Below, piece after piece: positions 37,206 to 46,516 of a DNA stretch of 52,770 nucleotides (positions within the stretch are counted from its first letter, which is position 1; each line of letters starts with the position of its first letter). Location: the NCBI GenBank assembly GCA_019662065.1, contig JAIFWC010000001.1, positions 1 through 52,770 on the forward strand, written 5' to 3'. Below the pieces are notes generated by a model. It was given only the letters and a program-made list of their open reading frames with translations. It did no database searches and was not told the origin of the DNA. This DNA comes from Candidatus Saccharimonadota bacterium (GTDB taxonomy: Bacteria; Patescibacteriota; Saccharimonadia; Saccharimonadales; UBA10212). A program made the position numbers and the translations under genes.

Positions 37206-37834
37206 TGGGTCAAAAAGTTAACCCAATCAGCATGCGTCTGCAGGTCAATAAAGATTGGCGATCTAAGTGGTTTGCCGGCAAAAAAGAGTACGCCGAGTAC
37301 CTCAAGCAGGATTTATCAGCCCGCCGATTAATTGAGACTAAGCTGGGTTCACGGGCGGCCGTTAGCAAAGTTGATATCGAGCGCTCACCCAATTTAGTGA
37401 CTGTTACGATTCAAACCGCCAAGGCCGGTGTAGTTATTGGCCGCGGTGGTTCTGGCGCAGCCGAGCTTAAGGCAGCTATCGAAAAACTCTATGGCGTACC
37501 AGTAAGGGTCAATATCGAAGAAATTAAACGTCCAGAGCTGCAAGCCAAGCTAGTAGCCGAAAACATCGCCCATCAGCTAGAACGCCGGATTGCCTTCCGC
37601 CGAGCAGTTAAGCAATCAGCCGCCGCTAGCATGCGGGCTGGGGCTAAAGGCATCCGGATTGAAGTCGCTGGCCGCTTGGGTGGTATGGAAATGAGCCGCC
37701 GCGAAAAAACCGTTGAAGGCAGTGTTCCACTGCACACGCTACGGGCCGATATCGATTATGGCGCCGCTCGGGCTCTTTACCCCGGCGCTGGAATCATTGG
37801 TGTAAAAGTTTGGATCTACAGGGGAGAGGCATAA
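37205..37834 (+). CDS. rpsC: 30S ribosomal protein S3
   Basis: [12 protein letters not shown]... with a KH domain [10 protein letters not shown]. Confidence 0.97.
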   Translation: MGQKVNPISMRLQVNKDWRSKWFAGKKEYAEYLKQDLSARRLIETKLGSRAAVSKVDIERSPNLVTVTIQTAKAGVVIGRGGSGAAELKAAIEKLYGVPVRVNIEEIKRPELQAKLVAENIAHQLERRIAFRRAVKQSAAASMRAGAKGIRIEVAGRLGGMEMSRREKTVEGSVPLHTLRADIDYGAARALYPGAGIIGVKVWIYRGEA

Positions 37835-37838
37835 AGAG

Positions 37839-38255
37839 ATGTTAATGCCGTCACGCACTAAATTCCGCAAGGTCCGCAAGGGCCGAATTCATGGCGGCAA
37901 GGCCAGTGCACTATCCAGTATTGCCTATGGCCGGTACGGGCTGGTTAGCTTAGAGAGTGAACGGATTAATGCCCGCCAAATCGAGGCTGCCCGTCAGGCC
38001 ATGACCCGCTATGTAAAGCGTGGTGGACAGATTTGGATCCGGATTTTTCCGCACACCCCAGTTACCCGCAAGCCCCAAGATGTCAAAATGGGTAGCGGCA
38101 AGGGCAACCCTGAGTTCTTCGTTGCAAAGGTCAAACCCGGCACCATCATGTTTGAAATGGATGGTGTGGCCGAAGAAGTCGCCCGCGAAGCCATGCGTCT
38201 GGCCGGTCACAAACTGCCAATCAAGACCCGTTTTGCGGTCAAGGAGGAGCAGTAG
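37839..38255 (+). CDS. rplP: 50S ribosomal protein L16
   Basis: [11 protein letters not shown]... Confidence 0.96.
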   Translation: MLMPSRTKFRKVRKGRIHGGKASALSSIAYGRYGLVSLESERINARQIEAARQAMTRYVKRGGQIWIRIFPHTPVTRKPQDVKMGSGKGNPEFFVAKVKPGTIMFEMDGVAEEVAREAMRLAGHKLPIKTRFAVKEEQ

Positions 38256-38257
38256 TG

Positions 38258-38458
38258 ATGAAAATCGTTGATGTCCGCAAGATGACTACCGAGCAGCTAA
38301 CCAAGCAAAGTTCGGCCTTGCAGACCGAGATTGTTGAGCTGCGGCGCCGCTTGTATTCCGGTGAAGTCCAAAACGTCCGCGTTTTGCGTACCAAGCGCAA
38401 AGATTTGGCTCGTGTTTATACCGTATTGGGCGAGAAATTACAAAAGGAGAGTGCTTAA
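38258..38458 (+). CDS. rpmC: 50S ribosomal protein L29
   Basis: The track start is GTG 38255; I prefer ATG 38258. The sequence is MKIVDVRKMTTEQL...ELRRRL. Confidence 0.92.
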   Translation: MKIVDVRKMTTEQLTKQSSALQTEIVELRRRLYSGEVQNVRVLRTKRKDLARVYTVLGEKLQKESA

Positions 38459-38459
38459 G

Positions 38460-38825
38460 ATGCCTAAACAACTAACCGGTACCGTAACTAGTGATAAGGG
38501 CGATAAGACTATCGTTATAACTGTACGCGCCCGCAAAACCCACCCCCTATACAAGAAGCAGTACACCACCAACACTAAATTTATGGCCCATGATGAAAAG
38601 AATGAAGCTAAAGTTGGTGATTTGGTGACGATTACCGAAACCCGGCCATTGAGTGCCCGCAAACGCTTTGCTTTGAGCCGGATTTTGGAAAAAGCTGGTG
38701 CCGCCTTTGCCGAAACTGATGCGACTGCCGATGTACCAGAAGAAATTGTCGAGCCTAAGGCCGAGAAGCCTGAAGAAGAAGCTAAAACCGATGAAAAAAC
38801 GGCTAAAGACGGGGAAGCCAAGTAA
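38460..38825 (+). CDS. rpsQ: 30S ribosomal protein S17 with an acidic ~40-aa C-terminal extension
   Basis: The track ORF starts inside rpmC. ATG 38460 ([22 protein letters not shown]) lies 1 nt after the rpmC stop. Confidence 0.94.
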   Translation: MPKQLTGTVTSDKGDKTIVITVRARKTHPLYKKQYTTNTKFMAHDEKNEAKVGDLVTITETRPLSARKRFALSRILEKAGAAFAETDATADVPEEIVEPKAEKPEEEAKTDEKTAKDGEAK

Positions 38826-39196
38826 TGATCCAGCAAGAGTCAAGATTAATTGCCACCGACAACAGCGGCGCCCGCCAGCTGCTGTGTATTCGGGTATTGG
38901 GCGGCTCGCGCCGACGCTATGCTCGCGTGGGCGACATTATTGTGGCCAGTGTTAAAACAGCTAATCCCGCCGGCGGGGTCAAACGCAAGAGCGTAGTTAA
39001 AGCCGTAATTGTCCGTACCCGAAGCCCACTGCTGCGCAAAGACGGCTCTAGTATTAAGTTTGATGACAACGCGGCGGTAGTCTTAGCCGAAGACAATAAA
39101 ACTCCTCGCGGCACCCGAATATTCGGTCCGGTGCCACGCGAACTGCGAGATATGGGTTATTCCCGCATAATTTCATTAGCGCCGGAGGTACTCTAA
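38825..39196 (+). CDS. rplN: 50S ribosomal protein L14
   Basis: [17 protein letters not shown]... Confidence 0.97.
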   Translation: MIQQESRLIATDNSGARQLLCIRVLGGSRRRYARVGDIIVASVKTANPAGGVKRKSVVKAVIVRTRSPLLRKDGSSIKFDDNAAVVLAEDNKTPRGTRIFGPVPRELRDMGYSRIISLAPEVL

Positions 39197-39529
39197 ATGG
39201 AAGCTAAGATTTATAAAATGCGAATTAAGTCCGGGGATACCGTAATGGTCCGCTCTGGTAAACACAAGGGCAAGACCGGTAAAGTGCTCAAGGTGCACCC
39301 TAAGCTCAATAAAGTGACTGTCGAGGGTGTAAATGTGGTCAAGCGCCATGTAAAGCCAACCCAACAACGTCCGCAAGGGGGTATTGTTGAACTAACCAAA
39401 CCCATCTGGGCCAGCAAGGTCGGCCTGCTTGATAACAGCGCTAAAAAACCGTCACGGGTTGGCTTTAAGTTCGATGCCAAAGGCAACAAGACCCGCGTCC
39501 TTAAGACCAGTGGCAAGGAGATTAAATAA
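39197..39529 (+). CDS. rplX: 50S ribosomal protein L24
   Basis: The KOW motif is GDTVMVRSGKHKGKTGKV. An alternative start is M8 at 39218. Confidence 0.93.
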   Translation: MEAKIYKMRIKSGDTVMVRSGKHKGKTGKVLKVHPKLNKVTVEGVNVVKRHVKPTQQRPQGGIVELTKPIWASKVGLLDNSAKKPSRVGFKFDAKGNKTRVLKTSGKEIK

Positions 39530-40101
39530 TGGCTACAGCAGCACCAGTCAAATATGTGCCGCGGCTGAAGCAAAGCTACAGCCAGCAGCTGACTAAAGAG
39601 CTTATGAAGGAGTTGAAGCTTAAGAACATCCACGAAGTGCCGCGGTTAGAAAAAATCATCGTCAGCGCCGGCTTAGGCCGGGCTAAGGATGAAAAGCGTC
39701 TGCTAGAAGTCGGTGCCAACACCATCAGCAAAATCACCGGCCAGAAGCCAATCGAGATGGCCGCCCGTAAGTCAATTGCCAGCTTTAAGCTGCGCGAGGG
39801 CAATAAAGTTGGCCTCAAAGTCAGCTTACGAGATGGCCGGATGTACGAATTCACCGACCGGTTCATCAACATCGTCCTGCCGCGGCTGCGTGATTTCCAT
39901 GGCGTATCAGCTGGTTCGTTCGATAAGCAGGGTAATTTCAGTATCGGGCTAAGCGACCAATCCGTCTTCCCGGAATTATCCTACGAGGACACAGCTACGG
40001 CCCATGGCCTGCAAGTGACGTTTGTAATCAACAGTAAGAACCCCGAGCATACCCGGGCTTTGTTAGAACGCTTGGGCATGCCGTTTGAAAGGAATAGTTA
40101 A
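39529..40101 (+). CDS. rplE: 50S ribosomal protein L5
   Basis: 190 aa with [13 protein letters not shown] and LPRLRDFHG. Confidence 0.96.
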   Translation: MATAAPVKYVPRLKQSYSQQLTKELMKELKLKNIHEVPRLEKIIVSAGLGRAKDEKRLLEVGANTISKITGQKPIEMAARKSIASFKLREGNKVGLKVSLRDGRMYEFTDRFINIVLPRLRDFHGVSAGSFDKQGNFSIGLSDQSVFPELSYEDTATAHGLQVTFVINSKNPEHTRALLERLGMPFERNS

Positions 40102-40370
40102 TGGCTAAAAAATCAATCCTGGCCCGCGATGCCAAACGCGATAAACTAATTGCTAAGTACGCCGCCAAGCGGGCTGAGCTAAAGGCTGCGGGTGATTTGG
40201 AAGGCTTGGCCCTTCTGCCTAAAAATAGCAGTCCTACCCGCCATACCAACCGCTGTACACAAACCGGCCGGGCGCGTAGCTACATGCGACAATTTGGCCT
40301 ATCACGCATCGCTTTTCGCGAGCACGCTTCTAAAGGCGAAATTCCAGGCGTAACTAAGAGTAGTTGGTAA
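40101..40370 (+). CDS. rpsN: 30S ribosomal protein S14 (long, non-zinc form)
   Basis: 89 aa with [13 protein letters not shown]...RNRC..TGR...SRIAFRE and no CxxC pairs. Confidence 0.94.
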   Translation: MAKKSILARDAKRDKLIAKYAAKRAELKAAGDLEGLALLPKNSSPTRHTNRCTQTGRARSYMRQFGLSRIAFREHASKGEIPGVTKSSW

Positions 40371-40373
40371 AAT

Positions 40374-40784
40374 ATGAGTAAGAATATTGTAATTTCGTCT
40401 GATCCCATCGCCGACATGTTAACTCGGATCCGCAACGCCATCGCGGTTAATTCGGCGTCGGTTAGTATGCCCCACTCCAAGCTCAAAGAACAAGTTGCCA
40501 AGATTTTAGCGGACAATGGATTTATCGAAAGGGTCGATGTTAATGAAGAAAATGGCCGCAAAGCCCTGGTGATTACCATCAATGCCGAGGACCAGCCAGC
40601 CAAAATTACCGAGATTAGCCGCTTGAGCCGCCCTGGCCGCCGGCTATACGTTAAATCACCGGCCCTGCCAACCGTTAAGCGCGGTCGTGGCCTGGTAGTA
40701 GTATCGACCAGCTCGGGCATCATGACAGGCGCCCAAGCCAAGGCTAAGAACCTTGGCGGCGAATTAATTTGTGAGGTCTATTAA
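40374..40784 (+). CDS. rpsH: 30S ribosomal protein S8
   Basis: DPIADMLTRIRNA is present. Confidence 0.96.
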   Translation: MSKNIVISSDPIADMLTRIRNAIAVNSASVSMPHSKLKEQVAKILADNGFIERVDVNEENGRKALVITINAEDQPAKITEISRLSRPGRRLYVKSPALPTVKRGRGLVVVSTSSGIMTGAQAKAKNLGGELICEVY

Positions 40785-40785
40785 G

Positions 40786-41322
40786 ATGAGTCGGATTGGC
40801 AAGCAGCCCATTACTATCCCCGGCGGCGTAACAGTCACTATCGAGCCGGATAAAGTGACCGTTAATGGCTCCAAAGGCAGCTTAGAGCAGTTTACTATGC
40901 CCGGTATCAAGATTTCTCAGACCGATAATGAGCTTAATGTGGAGCGTGCTAATGACGAGGCGGCTAACCGGGCCCGTCATGGTTTAATGCGTTCGCTGAT
41001 TAATAATATGGTCACCGGCGTCAGCCAGGGCTTTGAGAAAAAGCTCGAAATCAACGGCGTAGGTTATCGGGTTGCCCAGCAGGGCACCGACCTTAAATTT
41101 AACCTTGGTTTCTCGCACGACGTAATTTATAAGGTGCCAGCCGGTGTTAATATCACTATTGAGCAGAATGTTATTACTGTTAGCGGTATAAGTAAGCAGC
41201 AAGTTGGCCAGGTGGCCGCCGAAATCCGGTCCCTAAAGAAGCCAGAGCCCTATAAAGGCAAGGGCATCAAGTATATTGACGAGCGAATTATCAGAAAGAG
41301 TGGAAAAAGTGGTAAGGAATAG
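40786..41322 (+). CDS. rplF: 50S ribosomal protein L6
   Basis: The track start at 40771 lies inside rpsH. ATG 40786 gives [12 protein letters not shown]. Confidence 0.95.
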   Translation: MSRIGKQPITIPGGVTVTIEPDKVTVNGSKGSLEQFTMPGIKISQTDNELNVERANDEAANRARHGLMRSLINNMVTGVSQGFEKKLEINGVGYRVAQQGTDLKFNLGFSHDVIYKVPAGVNITIEQNVITVSGISKQQVGQVAAEIRSLKKPEPYKGKGIKYIDERIIRKSGKSGKE

Positions 41323-41324
41323 AT

Positions 41325-41678
41325 ATGACCCGATTAGCCCATAAGAATCTGAATGCCCAACGCCGCGCCTACCGGGTAGCAGCCAAAATCCACGGCACTG
41401 CCGAGCGGCCACGTTTAGCCGTGCATATCAGCAATTTACATGTCAGCGCCCAAGTAATTGACGATGTGTCAGGCAAGACTTTAGCAGCGGCCTCAACTGT
41501 TGGCCAAAAAATCTCTGGTACCATGACCGAAAAAGCGGCTGTAGTTGGCAAAGACATTGCTGCCAAGGCCAAGAAGGCCAAAATCAGCCGGGTAGTGTTT
41601 GATCGCTCTAGCCGTAAATACCATGGTCGGGTTAAAGCACTGGCCGAGGCCGCTCGAGCAGAAGGAATGGAGTTTTAA
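41325..41678 (+). CDS. rplR: 50S ribosomal protein L18
   Basis: 117 aa with [19 protein letters not shown] and [13 protein letters not shown]. Confidence 0.95.
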   Translation: MTRLAHKNLNAQRRAYRVAAKIHGTAERPRLAVHISNLHVSAQVIDDVSGKTLAAASTVGQKISGTMTEKAAVVGKDIAAKAKKAKISRVVFDRSSRKYHGRVKALAEAARAEGMEF

Positions 41679-41680
41679 TT

Positions 41681-42205
41681 ATGCAATCAGCCCAAAGAAG
41701 TCGGCCACCACATGGCGTCCAAGAAGAAAAGCAGTTCGACGAGCGGGTAGTTTATGTTAACCGCGTTGCTCGGGTAGTTAAAGGTGGCCGCCGATTCCGG
41801 TTTCAAGCCTTAGTTGTCGCTGGTGACCACAAAGGTAAGGTTGGTTTAGGTGTTAGCAAAGGTTCCGACGTGGCAGCGGCCGTTAATAAAGCTACTGATG
41901 TCGCCAAAAAGAACATGGTCAAAGTTACGCTTTATAAAGGTACCCTGACGCACGATGTAGAAGCTAAAGTTGGCGGCGCGAAGATTTTAATCATACCAGC
42001 CGCGCCCGGCACCGGCTTAATCGCCGGCGGTGTAGTCCGCACTGTTTTGGAAGTGGTTGGTGTCGAGAATGCCTTATCTAAATCACTCGGCTCTAGCAAC
42101 CGCATTAACACGGCTTACGCCACCATTAGTGCCTTGCAGAGCATGCAGCCGACCAGCAAATGGATTGTTAAGCCCGAAAAGTCTAAGAAGGTGGCGCCTA
42201 AATAA
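41681..42205 (+). CDS. rpsE: 30S ribosomal protein S5
   Basis: 174 aa with VNRVARVVKGGRRFRF. Confidence 0.96.
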   Translation: MQSAQRSRPPHGVQEEKQFDERVVYVNRVARVVKGGRRFRFQALVVAGDHKGKVGLGVSKGSDVAAAVNKATDVAKKNMVKVTLYKGTLTHDVEAKVGGAKILIIPAAPGTGLIAGGVVRTVLEVVGVENALSKSLGSSNRINTAYATISALQSMQPTSKWIVKPEKSKKVAPK

Positions 42206-42693
42206 TGAAATACAACGAGCTAACTTTATCCAGGCAAAAGAAGTCCAGACAAGTCGGACGAGGTATCAGTGCTGGCCGCGGTAAAACCGCTGGCCGGGGC
42301 ACCAAGGGCCAAGGTTCGCGCAAAAGCTCAACCAAGGCCGGCTTTGAAGGTGGCCAAAATCCGCTATATGCCCGCCTACCCAAGCTGCGCGGCTTTAAGA
42401 GCCATCGCCGTGGCGTAGAAACAGTCTACACAGGCCAACTAGATTTGATTAAAAAGGCCAAAATTGATAACCAGGCTGTGTTTGAAGCTGGTTTAATTAG
42501 AAGTCCTAATAGCCGCGTTAAATTGGTTGTTAAGGGCAAGCTGGAATCTAAAAAAGACGTACAGCTGCAAGCTGCTTCCAAACAGGCGACTGAAGTATTA
42601 GCCAAGGCCGGTGGTAGTTTTAATACTGTGGCTCAAGTTGGCCGGCCAGCCAAAAAACCCAGCAGTGAGCTTTCGCGACCATCCGATAAATAA
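42205..42693 (+). CDS. rplO: 50S ribosomal protein L15
   Basis: 162 aa with GRGISAGRGKTAGRGTKGQ. Its ATG overlaps the rpsE stop (TAATG), so no rpmD lies between them. Confidence 0.95.
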   Translation: MKYNELTLSRQKKSRQVGRGISAGRGKTAGRGTKGQGSRKSSTKAGFEGGQNPLYARLPKLRGFKSHRRGVETVYTGQLDLIKKAKIDNQAVFEAGLIRSPNSRVKLVVKGKLESKKDVQLQAASKQATEVLAKAGGSFNTVAQVGRPAKKPSSELSRPSDK

Positions 42694-42742
42694 CTAAAAA
42701 AGAGGGTTAAAGCCAGCTGCCTGCTGGTATAATATTTAGCAA

Positions 42743-44254
42743 GTGAATTGGGGAATAATACTCAAGTCCTTGGGGCATAAAGAGATGCGCACTCGCATCT
42801 TGGCTGTGATTGGTATGCTGCTGGTTTTCCGCATTATGGCCCATATTCCGGTGCCGCTGGGCGACCCTCACACCTTAAAGCAAGTCCTTAAGAACCTATT
42901 TGAACAATCCAATTCCAACCAGCTACTCGGTTTCTTAAACGTGCTTTCCGGCGGGGCACTGGCTAACTTCTCAATCATGCTAGTCGGACTTGGGCCCTAT
43001 ATTAACGCCTCAATCATTATGCAGCTGCTCACCAAGGCCATTCCGCGCCTGGAGGCCATGAACAAAGAGGGTGAATTTGGGCGCAAAAAGATTAACCAGT
43101 ACACCCGCATGCTTACTTTTCCGTTAGCGATCATTCAGTCCATTGGCACCATTTACCTAATACGCCAAGAAGCCTCACAGATCGGCGGCCTGGGCGACAT
43201 TACAGCCCATACCTCACCTATGCAATGGGTGGTCATGATTGCCGCCCTAACCGGTGGCTCGATGATATTGATGTGGTTAGGTGAGCTGATTACCGAACGT
43301 TCGATTGGTAATGGTATTTCTCTTTTAATTACTGTCGGGATTGTTAGCCGCTTGCCTAGCCTATTTACTGAGCTTTGGAGCTCAATTTACGCCACTAGCA
43401 GTACTTTGGCAGCTGATAAGTTGACGTTACTCCATAGAACCTTTAGTAAACACGCGACGATATTATTTGGAATTGTGATGCTGGCGGTCATCTTTGTCAC
43501 CTGGGCCGTAGTTAAACTTAATGAGGCCTCTAGGCGGCTAACCGTCAATTACGCTAAACGTGTGCAGGGGAACCGTACCTACGGTGGCGTTACTACCACT
43601 TTGCCGGTCAAGTTAATTACCGCCGGTGTGATTCCGATCATCTTCGCTGTAGCATTTTTGAGTGTGCCCAGCTTTGTCGGGCAGCTGCTAACGCACGGCC
43701 AGGGTGCAGCTTTTGTGCCGCATAGCGAGGCCGGCAAAATTGGCGTGCAGCTAAGCCAGCTATTCGCGAATCCTAGTGCCCAGACCTTTGCCGCCGGCGG
43801 CTATAAACCGTGGATTTACCCGATTACCTACTTCTTACTGGTCTTTGTCTTTACCTACTTCTACACCAGTGTGACATTTAACTCTAAAGAGATTGCCGAA
43901 AACCTGCAAAAACAAGGTGGATTTATTGCCGATATCCGTTCTGGCAAGCAGACCGAAAAATATTTAGGCGCCATCGTGAACCGGCTGACTCTGTTCGGGG
44001 CCTCGGCTTTAGGTCTTTTGGCTGTGCTGCCAATCCTGGCCCAGGTGAAGCTTAACCAAAACATCGCCATTGGCGGCACAAGCATTCTAATCCTGGTATC
44101 TGTATCGCTAGAGACTCTGCGCCAGGTCGAATCCCGCGCCCTAATGATTACCTACGACCAATACGAAGCTCCAGACTACTTCACCGAAGAAGATGCTGTG
44201 CCGGGCACAGCTTCTCGACGGTTGAGATTCTTACCGAGACGTCGCCAAAAATAA
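42743..44254 (+). CDS. secY: preprotein translocase subunit SecY
   Basis: 503 aa with a GTG start 9 nt after TATAAT (42728-42733). It has a 10-TM pattern and LGPYINASIIMQLL. Confidence 0.95.
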   Translation: MNWGIILKSLGHKEMRTRILAVIGMLLVFRIMAHIPVPLGDPHTLKQVLKNLFEQSNSNQLLGFLNVLSGGALANFSIMLVGLGPYINASIIMQLLTKAIPRLEAMNKEGEFGRKKINQYTRMLTFPLAIIQSIGTIYLIRQEASQIGGLGDITAHTSPMQWVVMIAALTGGSMILMWLGELITERSIGNGISLLITVGIVSRLPSLFTELWSSIYATSSTLAADKLTLLHRTFSKHATILFGIVMLAVIFVTWAVVKLNEASRRLTVNYAKRVQGNRTYGGVTTTLPVKLITAGVIPIIFAVAFLSVPSFVGQLLTHGQGAAFVPHSEAGKIGVQLSQLFANPSAQTFAAGGYKPWIYPITYFLLVFVFTYFYTSVTFNSKEIAENLQKQGGFIADIRSGKQTEKYLGAIVNRLTLFGASALGLLAVLPILAQVKLNQNIAIGGTSILILVSVSLETLRQVESRALMITYDQYEAPDYFTEEDAVPGTASRRLRFLPRRRQK

Positions 44255-44257
44255 CCC

Positions 44258-44287
44258 TTTACATCACCTTGTAGAATTTGGTACAAT
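44258..44287 (+). promoter_or_regulatory. candidate infA promoter (TTTACA-17-gTACAAT)
   Basis: TTTACA is at 44258-44263 and TACAAT at 44282-44287. The same cccTTTACA context occurs at the tuf promoter. Confidence 0.5.
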
Positions 44288-44302
44288 TACTTCGTTATAT
44301 TT

Positions 44303-44524
44303 ATGGCGAAGGATAAAGAGGTCATCGAGCTGGCTGGCACCGTCGTAGAGGCGCTTCCAGGCACCCAGTTTCGAGTAGAGCTTGAAAACGGCCATCAAAT
44401 AATAGCTCACGTCGCCGGAAGGATGCGGAAACATTATATCCGACTCGTTCCAGGAGACCGCGTTAAGGTAGAATTGACTCCTTACGATCTGACGAAGGGT
44501 CGGATAACTTACCGCGAAAATTAA
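44303..44524 (+). CDS. infA: translation initiation factor IF-1
   Basis: 73 aa with [31 protein letters not shown]. Confidence 0.97.
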   Translation: MAKDKEVIELAGTVVEALPGTQFRVELENGHQIIAHVAGRMRKHYIRLVPGDRVKVELTPYDLTKGRITYREN

Positions 44525-44574
44525 TTCAATTTAAGAGCAGTGCGTCACCTGCCTAACCGAAGGAGATGATCCGC

Positions 44575-44691
44575 ATGAAAGTGCGTGCCAGCGTCAAGAA
44601 AATTAGCCCCGATGATAAGATTGTACGCCGCAAAGGCCGGGTCTATGTCATCAATAAAATGAAGCCCAAGCACAAGCAGAGGCAGGGTTAA
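44575..44691 (+). CDS. rpmJ: 50S ribosomal protein L36 (Cys-less form)
   Basis: Not in the ORF track because it is only 38 aa. My translation is [38 protein letters not shown], with AAGGAG 8 nt upstream. Confidence 0.9.
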   Translation: MKVRASVKKISPDDKIVRRKGRVYVINKMKPKHKQRQG

Positions 44692-44694
44692 ACT

Positions 44695-45081
44695 ATGGCT
44701 CGATTAGCCGGTGTAACAATTCCAGACAACAAGCAGGCGCAGATTGCCCTGACTTACGTGTATGGAATCGGCCAAAAAAGCAGCCGCGATATTCTTAACC
44801 AGGCCAATGTGGAGCCAACAGTAAGGGTAAAGGATCTAAACGACGCTGAGTTAGGCCGTATCCAAGAAGTTATTTCTAATAATTATACGATTGAGGGCGA
44901 GCTGCAGCGAATAGTTACCGGCAACATTAAGCGCTTGCGCGACATTAGTGCTTACCGTGGCCTGCGCCACAAAGCTAGCTTGCCATCACGCGGACAGCGC
45001 ACCCGTACTAACGCCCGCACGCGGCGTGGTAAAAAAGTAACAGTTGGCGGCACCGCCAAGAAGGCCCCAAGCAAGACTTAA
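44695..45081 (+). CDS. rpsM: 30S ribosomal protein S13
   Basis: MARLAGVTIPDNKQ...SYRGLRH. Confidence 0.97.
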   Translation: MARLAGVTIPDNKQAQIALTYVYGIGQKSSRDILNQANVEPTVRVKDLNDAELGRIQEVISNNYTIEGELQRIVTGNIKRLRDISAYRGLRHKASLPSRGQRTRTNARTRRGKKVTVGGTAKKAPSKT

Positions 45082-45087
45082 AAGATT

Positions 45088-45603
45088 ATGGCTAAAGAAC
45101 CTACAGACACACCGGTTGAGGAGAAAGAAGCAGTGGCTACCGAAGCTACTGCGGTTGAAGCGACTACTGAAGCTCTGGCCGAATCTCCAGCTGCCGAGAC
45201 GGCTGATGCCACTGAGCCTACACCCAAAGTCCGTAAGAAAAAGAACCGCCGTACGATTAGCAGCGGCCAAATCCACGTACTGGCCACCTTTAACAACACG
45301 ATTATCACCGTAACTGATGAAAAAGGTAATACTTTGGCCACTGCCAGCGCCGGCGCCTCGGGCTTTAGGGGCTCAAAAAAAGGCACCGCCTATGCCGCCC
45401 AAATTGCTGCCGAAAAGGCTGTTAGCGCTGCCCGACAGAATTACGGACTGACTAAAGCCGATGTATTTGTTAAAGGTGTGGGGATGGGCCGCGACGCAGC
45501 CATCAGGACACTTGTCAGCCAAAAGGTACAGCTGGAGAACATCAAAGATGTAACCGGCATTCCGCACGGCGGTGTGCGGCCTAGAAAGCCTAAGAGGAAC
45601 TAG
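45088..45603 (+). CDS. rpsK: 30S ribosomal protein S11 with an acidic ~45-aa N-terminal extension
   Basis: The core is GQIHVLATFNNTIITVTD...GSKKGT... Confidence 0.95.
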   Translation: MAKEPTDTPVEEKEAVATEATAVEATTEALAESPAAETADATEPTPKVRKKKNRRTISSGQIHVLATFNNTIITVTDEKGNTLATASAGASGFRGSKKGTAYAAQIAAEKAVSAARQNYGLTKADVFVKGVGMGRDAAIRTLVSQKVQLENIKDVTGIPHGGVRPRKPKRN

Positions 45604-45604
45604 C

Positions 45605-45874
45605 ATGAGAATTAGCCAAAATATGAGCACAGAGCAGGTTTGGGCTCTCAGCGCACGCGAGTATTATAACTGGCAACTCGAACAAGGATATGAGGAACCT
45701 TTCCTTAGTCAATATCTGATTTTGACCTCTCCGGGCGGTAAAACAATCGAAGAATTGGGACACTTAGGCCTTAAAGTCGCTGCTTATTCGGACGGAGTTC
45801 GAATTGAGCCTGAGTCAAAATATCCCCGTAGGGGCGAAGATCAACTCTCAACCGAAGCTCTAGAGGTAGCTTAG
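45605..45874 (+). CDS. orphan 89-aa protein inserted between rpsK and rpsD
   Basis: The track ORF starts inside rpsK at 45572. ATG 45605 (MRISQNMSTEQVW...) lies 1 nt after the rpsK TAG. Its TAG lies 1 nt before the rpsD ATG. I recognise no family. Confidence 0.55.
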   Translation: MRISQNMSTEQVWALSAREYYNWQLEQGYEEPFLSQYLILTSPGGKTIEELGHLGLKVAAYSDGVRIEPESKYPRRGEDQLSTEALEVA

Positions 45875-45875
45875 A

Positions 45876-46493
45876 ATGGCACGAGAATCACGACCAATTG
45901 TTAAGCTATCCCGCCGCGAAGGCTACGCCCTTCACCCCAAAGCCCACAAAGCTCTGGTTAAACGTAGCGGGCCGCCAGGCCAGCGTGGCAATTATATGGG
46001 GCGCCAAAAGTCCAGCCAGTACAGCCTGCAATTGCGCGAGAAGCAGAAGGTTAAGCGGCTTTATGGCCTACTGGAGCGCCAATTTGCCAAGTTGATGGAA
46101 GAAGCTAGCCGCACCCGCGGCCAATCAGGCGCCACGCTACTAGAATTTTTGGAGCGGCGCCTAGATAACGTGCTTTACCGGGCCGGTTTCGCCCCTAGCC
46201 GTAGCGCTGCCCGCCAACTGGCTACTCACGGACACTTTTTCTTAAATGGCAAGCGGGTAGACATCCCGTCTATTAGGCTGAAAGCCACTGACAAACTAGA
46301 ACTACGGTCTGCCAGCAAGTCTAACGAGTACTTTAAGCAGCTCGATGAGCTAAGCCCAGCGCCCGCTAATCTGCCGGGCTGGCTTAAAGTTAACCGTAAG
46401 CTGGTTTCGGTCGAAGTTACAGGCACACCGGCGCGTGATGATGCCGAACCAGATATCAAGGAACAACTAATCGTAGAGTACTACTCGCGCTAG
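45876..46493 (+). CDS. rpsD: 30S ribosomal protein S4
   Basis: 205 aa with YSLQLREKQKVKRLYG and the S4 domain RLDNVLYRAGFA. Confidence 0.97.
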   Translation: MARESRPIVKLSRREGYALHPKAHKALVKRSGPPGQRGNYMGRQKSSQYSLQLREKQKVKRLYGLLERQFAKLMEEASRTRGQSGATLLEFLERRLDNVLYRAGFAPSRSAARQLATHGHFFLNGKRVDIPSIRLKATDKLELRSASKSNEYFKQLDELSPAPANLPGWLKVNRKLVSVEVTGTPARDDAEPDIKEQLIVEYYSR

Positions 46494-46516
46494 TACAGAA
46501 GATAGGAGAACATTTT

